A stretch of DNA of 63,290 bases, filler included, from Ministeria vibrans ATCC 50519 (taxonomy: Eukaryota; Protista; Filasterea): NCBI GenBank assembly GCA_943704425.1. It is 5 parts of 5 records of this genome, joined end to end, with 100 filler letters (N's around TTAATTAATTAA, not from the genome) between each part and the next. Parts side by side here need not be neighbours in the genome. Positions count along the whole stretch, not along the records: positions 48,544 to 63,290 come from CALSCP010001762.1; 4 more parts are not named here. The stretch is one strand, 5' to 3'. Under the pieces are notes generated by a model, which did not search any database, was not told the DNA's origin, and saw only the letters and a list, made by a program, of their open reading frames with translations. The position numbers were made by a program, and so were the translations under genes. Shown piece by piece: positions 56,135 to 63,290 of this stretch. How positions within the stretch are numbered: position 1 is the stretch's first letter; each line of letters opens with the position of its first letter.

Positions 56135-56906
56135 ATGAAGCGAAGCCGCGAGGAATCGGACGAGACGGAAACAGCGTCGTCGGCGGCGGCGGACAAGACG
56201 GACAAGGACACGGAGACGCCGGCCGAGAAAAAACTGGGCGCGTGGCGCGAAAAGCAGAAGAAGAAGCGGAAACTCGTGCAGCGACAGCGCCAGAAGGAAA
56301 AGCAGCGCCAGCAGCTGCAGCCGGGCGTCGAGATGCTCGCGCCTGCCGCGGAGAGCAGTAGCAGTGGGAGTGGCAGCAGTTCGAGCGTGAGTGGGCGAGA
56401 GGCGGCCCTTGCTTACCTCGACGTGTGGGAGACAGACAGAGCAGCATGGAAATTTGCCAAAGTGCGACAGGTGTACCTCCTGCAGCACTGGCAAGACGAG
56501 CGCGTGCTCTCCAAGGACCGATTCAAGGTACGGCCACCCGAGACTCTTTCATCGTGTGTTTTGATCGCTCCCGTATATGTGTATGTGTTTGTGCGTGTGT
56601 GTGTAATAGATCTTTTTGCGCTACATCGCTGCGCTGCAAGGCGCCAGTCGCAAGACGACTCTTAAGATGACCAAAAAGATGCTCAAGGACGAGTGGCAAC
56701 CGCCGGCTCTCGACACGGAAACAACAGCCGTCCCAGTCATGGAAGGGGTTGAATCCTCGGCGACTCCTAATGGAGACGAAGCGAGTGCAAGTGCGGCAGA
56801 GACAACTCCGATGGTCGAGACTGACGAGGAGAGGGCCAGAAGACGAAAAGTCATGCAAAAGCGTGCTCAGAAGCTTCGAGACGTGCTCAAGAGCCAAGAC
56901 GACTGA
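56135..56906 (+). CDS. WKF-domain protein (C7orf50/DUF2373-like)
   Basis: AALAYLDVW..AWKFAKVRQVYLLQH; F|IFLRYIAALQGASR; KRAQKL. Confidence 0.85.
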
Positions 56907-57315
56907 AGCACAACTAGAGAAGAGGAAGATAGAAATCAAAAGTGATTATTAAGAGAGAGAGAGGGAGAGAGATGTAAATAGTTCTTCTCATACATTTTTA
57001 AAGGCTCTGTTCTAAGTGTTCTTCTGCTAAAAATGTTTGAGTAATGTGTGGGAGGTGGTTGCAGTGCTTTGAAAAAGTTTAGATTTAGATTGGTGGCATC
57101 ACTCACACTCAAAGATCAGGAGTCAGGATCACTCACTCTCATCACTCGTATCACTCACTGATGACTGATGAGTGATCACTGACCACTGACAGGACAGACA
57201 GGTAAGTGAATGACGCATCAGGATTGCTCACGTCAACTCACTTCTCATCGTCGCTATTCCTCTGGGATCTTTTTCAATAATAATCAATATTAATTTTTTT
57301 TTAATTCTTGTTGCT

Positions 57316-58507
57316 ATGCAAAAGGTTGCTTCAATCATCGCAATCGGGTTGGCGCTGCTCTGCCTTGCAACAGGCGCCACCGTCGACGATTGCAGCAACG
57401 GCGGTGTTTTGAGTGCTACGGTTGTAGAGACGGCATGCTCCACCAGCCCCAGCTGCTCCACCGGCTACACCAAGCTCTACGAGATCCCCTGCACCGGCTC
57501 CTTCCTCAAGAAACTCTCCTGTTCCAGCGTCAGCTCGTGCTGTCCGGGTTTCTATAAGCACGAAGGCGCCTGCATTCGTACGACGCGTCTCGATCGCTTC
57601 CATGGCCATTGCCACGTCTTCCAAAGCAGCGTTGTCCACGCATGCTAGTGCACGCACCGTCTTGTCCACGCGGGCCGTCACTCAACGTCGATCATACGGA
57701 TCGTTTGCCGTTTTTTTTTTGTGTGTGTGTGTTGTGTTTCGTCCCGATTTGGAACTTACCCCAAACCACGTCGTCCTGTTTGCTCTTTCTGCGTCTAACC
57801 GTTGTTCACCGTGCTAGTTTAAGCCCCGCCATGTTGCGGAACTGGCTGCAAATGTCTTGCGTTTCCCTTTTTTCTTTTTCTTTTTTTTTTTTGCGGTCAA
57901 CTTTTGTCTCGCGCCACAAACGGGAACCTTTATCCATTGTACTCCGCACAACATAACATTCTCTCCACCTTGCATTTTAGTTGGCGTAGTGTCAACCCCC
58001 TCCCCCCAATCAAAGACTCACACATCACCGACAAGTTTTCCTAACATTGTTTTTTTTTTTTTTTTTTTTTTTTTTGTGCCTCATTCGTTTAGGCGCTCCC
58101 GTCGATCACGTTGCCATTGACAGTGTGAAATCTGCTTGCCCGGCAGGAACAAGCACCAACAAGAAGACGGGCCAGGTTTGACTTTATCGAAATATGACAA
58201 TGACCTGTCACTAACTGTCATTTTAGACTGAGTGTGGCATCTGCCCTCTTGGCCAGGAGTGCACAGGTGGAGCCTCTAGCGAGTGTCGTGCGACGCCTTC
58301 ATGGGGCACTCACTACTACAATGGAACAAAAGCATACAATGCCACCAATTCGGCGACCGTTGAGGCGTCCACCACACCACTCTGGGACACCCAGGCTTCC
58401 TGGGAGAACAGTCGCTTTCCTTGCTCCACCGAAACAGCTCTCTTCCGCCAAAGCCCTTCGGTACAGCGTGTCCACGTTTCCGACAACCAAGTAAGAATAG
58501 AAGCAAC

Positions 58508-58570
<63 letters not shown>

Positions 58571-58581
58571 TTTTATTATTA

Positions 58582-58625
<44 letters not shown>

Positions 58626-58637
58626 ATAATTATTAAA

Positions 58638-58684
<47 letters not shown>

Positions 58685-58710
58685 ATTATTAAATTTTTAT
58701 TATTATTAAA

Positions 58711-58807
<97 letters not shown>

Positions 58808-61800
58808 ATATTTTATTATTATTATTAAATATTGTATTTTTATAATAATAGATTGCTGGAGGTATCAGCGTCGAGGACGGCGGCCGCCTATCGCTCGTCA
58901 TCGAAGTTGGTGGGATGCTGTTTCTGGATGAAGGCAAGGATCGCAACTTGAAGTCGTGTCAGCTGGGCGTCACTGACGAATGCGCTGCCGGAAACGACAT
59001 TTGTGGTAACGACGGCACCTGCTATGATGCCTACCTCGGCACCAAGTGCTGCTGCGACATCTCCAAGGGTTACTCCGGCAGCGACTGTCGCACCCCCTGG
59101 GCCTTCAATGCCTGCTTCAATAGCCCTTGTCGCAACGGCGGCACCTGCCACGACGGCACCTCGCTTCTCCTCTTCACCTGCACCTGTCCCGCCGGCTACA
59201 CCGGTGATTTGTGCCAGACGAACATTGATGATTGCGCCGAAGCATCGGTCTGTCAGGATGGCGGTACCTGTGTTGATGGCATTGACTCCTTCACATGCGT
59301 CTGTCCCGTCGGCCGCACCGGCGACACTTGCCAAATCGGCATTGACTACTGTTCACGCATCTCGACCAACGAGGTTGGCCTACCTGGACTCTTCAGCGTG
59401 TCGACGGGCATCGAGCTACTCGATGCACCCATCTGCTTCAACAGCGGCACGTGCACCGAGGTGAACAATCGCGCGTTGTGTACTTGTGCCACCGGCTATA
59501 GCGGTCGGTATTGCCAGCAGAACGTGGACGATTGTGCGTCGTCGCCATGCACAGGCACCGACGTGTGCATTGACGGTGTGGCGTCGTACACTTGCGAGAG
59601 CATCACGCGCATTTGTCAGTCCATGACCATCTCGAGTGCAAGCACCGCCCAGCTTCTCCTCGACTGTCAGGTCGTCGAAGGCAACCTCCTCATTACTGAG
59701 TCGGCTGCGGGGACACTCGCGCTTTCTGACATCACAGCAAACTCGGCCAAGCTTGTCGCCATCCAGGGCCGACTTTCCATTCAAGGCACGCGCACCATCA
59801 CGTCCCTTGCCCAGGCTTTCCCCAAACTTGCGCGGGTCACGGGCGATCTCATTATCAGCGACAACACCGCCCTTGTCCAGCATCTCGGCCTCGATCTGCT
59901 TGCCCACGTCGGTGGCGCCCTCGCCATCACGCGCAACGCAGCCCTCGAGAACATCCTCGGTCTTGACAAGCTCGTCACTATTGACGGTGTCCTTCACATC
60001 ACCGACAACATCAAGCTCGCCGCAATGCGCTCTCTGTCCAATCTTAACAGCATCGGCAAGCAAGATCTTGATTCAGGTTCGCTTGGTTCGCTCCTTCTCA
60101 AGTCTCTTCCCGCGCTCACAAGCACCTCGGACCTGAGTGGCGTCACCACTGTCACTGGCGGCGTCCACATTGAAATGTGTGGTCTTACATCGCTCTCCAT
60201 GGCATCCTTGACGCACGTGAGCGGCTCGTTCACCCTCAAGGATTGTGACCTCCTCAACGGAGAGCGCGTCGGCTTTGCCGCTCTCGTCAACATCACCGGC
60301 GCGCTCACTGTCACCGACAATGCCGTGGTCACGTCGCTCGAAGGCGCATTTGACGCCCTCGAGCACATCGCTGGTCTCTACATTCAGCGCAACAGCCTGC
60401 TTCGCTCGCTGCCCTCTCTTCCGTCGCTCCTCGTCATTGCCCCAATCAAGTCGTCGATCACATTTGCCGTCGAAGTGAGCGATAACGAAGCGCTTGCGAG
60501 CGCTGCCAACTTTGCAAGTGCCCTCACCTTGTTGCGCTCGGGCAGCCTCAAGTTTGCGCGAAACCCTTCGTGGTGTGCTCTCGACGATAAGACAACCCTC
60601 AAGCGCATTCGTCAGATTCTGTCGCCCTCCCAAACGCGCGTGTGGGAACAGTCGCAAAACGAGGCGTGCGAACAGACGCGTCTTTTCAACATGGCACAGC
60701 AGGCGACTACGGGTCGTCAGGAGGACGACTCCCTCTCAGTCATCCAACAAATGAACAACATGGCGGGAGTTATCGAGGACGAGCTCGTGGTGGGCTCGGT
60801 GCCCGGTGCCATTGTGCTCGAGTCGATACATTCGAACCTGGACATTGCCATCGCCCAAGACCCCGAGGTCCTTGTCAAACTCATGAGTCCCCTTCTCAAC
60901 GACAACACCGCGTCGGCGAGCAACCTCGCCGCCGCTGAGAGTATTGATGTGGGCGCAGGCGCTGTCAAAACCACCAGCGTGCTGGTGCAGGTGGGCAAGA
61001 AACTCAGCAACAAGCTCAAGCAGTTGGGCTCGGGTCAACAGGCATCCTACTCGGCCGATAACCTCGCCGTGAGTGCCAGTTCTATTGCTGTCGGCTCCTG
61101 GAGCGCCACCGAGTCGCAGCTCTACGCCGACAGCGACGTGCAGTTCAGCTTCCCACCCGAGACAAAGGCACTCCTCGAGCAGAAGAGCATTTCGACAACA
61201 GGCATCACCTTTATCAAGTACCAGACGATGGGTGCCTTTTCGTTTGGCTCCGATGAGGCAAGTCTCTCGGTCGTCATCGAGGCGCTCCTTGACGATTTCT
61301 CCGTCGAGACGGGCGACCTCGGCTCCGACGACGCCCTCTTCAAGTACTCCACCGTGGTTGACAGCAAGCCAGAGGCAGGCACGCCCGTCTGCGTCTACTA
61401 CAACCTTGCGACGGACACGTGGGAGCGCACCGGTGTGCAACTGCTGAGCATCACCGACGACAACGTCAGCGGTGGTGTCACCTATCAGTGCGGCTCGTCG
61501 CACCTGACGAGCTTTGCCGTCATCCTCGATCACTCTCAGTCGAGCCAGGCCAACAAAATCCTCTCTATTCTCTCGTACGTTGGCTCGGGCCTGTCCATCT
61601 TTGGTTGTATCGCCGTGCTCTTCACCTACTCGGTGCTTCCCAAGATGCGCACGTTGCCCATCCGGCTGCTCATGTGGCTCTGCTTTGCCATTCTCGGCGC
61701 TCAGCTCATGTTCATCTTTGCAACCGTGTTTGCCTCGGGTGCCTCCCAAATTGGTTGCTTCACCCTTGGCTTGCTCCTCCACCTCTTCCTCTTGGTGCAA

Positions 61801-62775
61801 TTTACATGGACGCTCGTACAGGGCATCAATGTGTACCTGCTCCTCGTCAAGATGAAGCCGGACACCAACAATCTCATGCGACGCTACCACATACTTGCCT
61901 GGGGCGTGCCCATCGTCACTATTGTTGTGTACGTGACGGTGTCAGTCGCGCTCAATGGCGTGTCGGGCGCCTACGGTGACGTATACGGCGACGGCCGTGT
62001 CTGCTTCATCTCCACCACGGTGGGCAGCCTTGCCGCCTTTGTGGCGCCCTGCTGTGCCGTAACCCTGCTGAACGCTGTTATCTTTACCATTCTTGTGCGT
62101 CACATGCTCCGTGTGCGCAGCAACTCGGCACGCACCAAGGGCGGCAGCTCCCGCGGTGCTGACGTCAAAGTGTTCGTCTCCATGGCCATCCTTCTTGGTC
62201 TCACTTGGGTCTTTGGCGCCCTCCTCGTCATCGTCCAAAATGTTGTCTTCAGCTACCTCTTTGTGCTGGGCAACGCCGCCCAGGGCCTCTTCCTCTTCTT
62301 CTTCTACTGCTTCAACGACAAGGTGCGCGCGGGATACCGCGAGGGACTCTCCACGCGATTCCCGTCACGCTTCTCGGGACCTTCCTCGCGCGTGGGCTCC
62401 TCATCGCACACGTCTCTCTCGGTAGGCGACTCCGGCAACGGCTCGCGCCTTGTCGGAGGCAAGCGTGGTGCCGTGCGTGGCAAGCGACGCCAGTCAGACA
62501 TGTCCGAGATGAGTGTCCTCGACATCTCCGTCAAAATTGGCGCCACCTATGGCCGCACAGGCGCCACTTCGGATGCACGTCGCTACGCCAACGAGTCCGC
62601 CTCATCCGACCTCGACGAAATGCTCCCTCTCGACTTGTACAGCCAGCAGAGTGACATGGAATCCGACTCGTTCGACATGAGCTCGCCCTCCTCCGAACGC
62701 AACCTGCTCATGTCCGACGAGGCAGAGCCGCCCAAGACCGATCAGCTCGGTCGCTTTACCTCCTTCAGCGTCTAA
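57316..62775 (+). CDS. Adhesion GPCR: signal peptide, Cys-rich N-terminus, ~5 EGF repeats, receptor-L-like LRR solenoid, GAIN/GPS, 7TM
   Basis: Exons 57316-57577, 58093-58175, 58228-58490, 58852-62775 in phase; CxNGGTC EGFs; DCQVVEGNLLIT; GPS CVYY..W..G..CGSSHLTSFAVIL; secretin-class TMs (LSYVGSGLS, LLHLFLL, WGVP, LLGLTWVFG, QGLFLF). Confidence 0.93.
58511..58850. repeat. (TAT)n microsatellite in aGPCR intron
   Basis: Directly visible; similar arrays at 16001-16106 and 30182-30286. Confidence 0.95.
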
Positions 62776-63013
62776 TTCGGACTTTTTGCACACACACACA
62801 CACACACATACACATGAACGACTCATACAATACAATCAATATGATTATTATTTTTTTTTTATCAAACATCGTTACCCAAAATGAAACCTGTAAACCACAA
62901 TCAAAATGTCTCACCACAGTTGTCTTTCCATCCGCTGCAACTCCCCGTGTATTTGTGTACTGAGAATAGTCACCAACCACTACACCACTCCAAGCGGTCG
63001 CTACCGACCCTAA

Positions 63014-63095
<82 letters not shown>

Positions 63096-63175
63096 CGAAC
63101 TCCCTCAAAACAAAAATAAACAAACAACTCATTCAATGATCATTCGAAAGAATAAATTAATATTCTTTGCTTGGT

Positions 63176-63244
63176 ATGACCCAGGCCAAATTAGCCGCCC
63201 TCATTACGGCTTGGGGTACCTACGATGACCCCACCGCATGGGAG
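63176..63244 (+). CDS. Probable first exon of a gene continuing beyond the window
   Basis: AT-rich leader, ATG, MTQAKLAALITAWGTYDDPTAWE, then GAG|gtaata donor and intron-like TAA/poly-T. Confidence 0.45.
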
Positions 63245-63290
63245 GTAATAATAATAATTTATTATTGCTCTTTTTTTTTTTTTTTTTTTT

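Noticed and set aside
59416-61890. Long antisense ORFs over the aGPCR and other GC-rich exons
   Set aside because: Expected shadows of biased codon usage.

Overview
Intron-rich eukaryotic genomic DNA: GC-rich exons, microsatellite-filled introns, AT-rich intergenic DNA and a TTAGGG telomere. Gene content (adhesion GPCR with EGF and GPS domains, LARP7, SOWAH-like ankyrin protein, TKL kinase, BPI/LBP-like proteins) suggests a unicellular holozoan; this assignment is inference. The window is a concatenation of at least five scaffolds separated by N-padded TTAATTAATTAA spacers (24164, 27424, 30126, 48488), so synteny across those points is not meaningful. About 28 genes or gene fragments could be rebuilt by manual splicing. 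Most are housekeeping: CUL1, CHMP1, ACP5, UBE2J2, TAZ, LARP7, NARS1, DNAJC7, IPO11, PsuG-PsuK, TFIIA-gamma, a PP1 glycogen-targeting subunit. The best candidate novel system is a compact four-gene cluster of secreted proteins at 16.2-23.5 kb, arranged as two divergent pairs. It holds a DOPA 4,5-dioxygenase-family enzyme, two paralogues fusing perforin-2/MPEG1 P2-like Cys repeats to a BPI/LBP-like domain, and a fibre-like protein with a shufflon-PilV-like tip. Together these could form a bacterial-surface recognition and killing module. Also notable: a myristoylation-motif orphan-domain/Skp1 chimera lacking the Cul1-contact Asn-Tyr, a SAM-TKL kinase fused to an uncharacterised domain, an EGF/L-domain adhesion GPCR, a telomere end, and a strand-biased intronic repeat family. 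All family assignments come from motif recognition by eye; no database searches were run.
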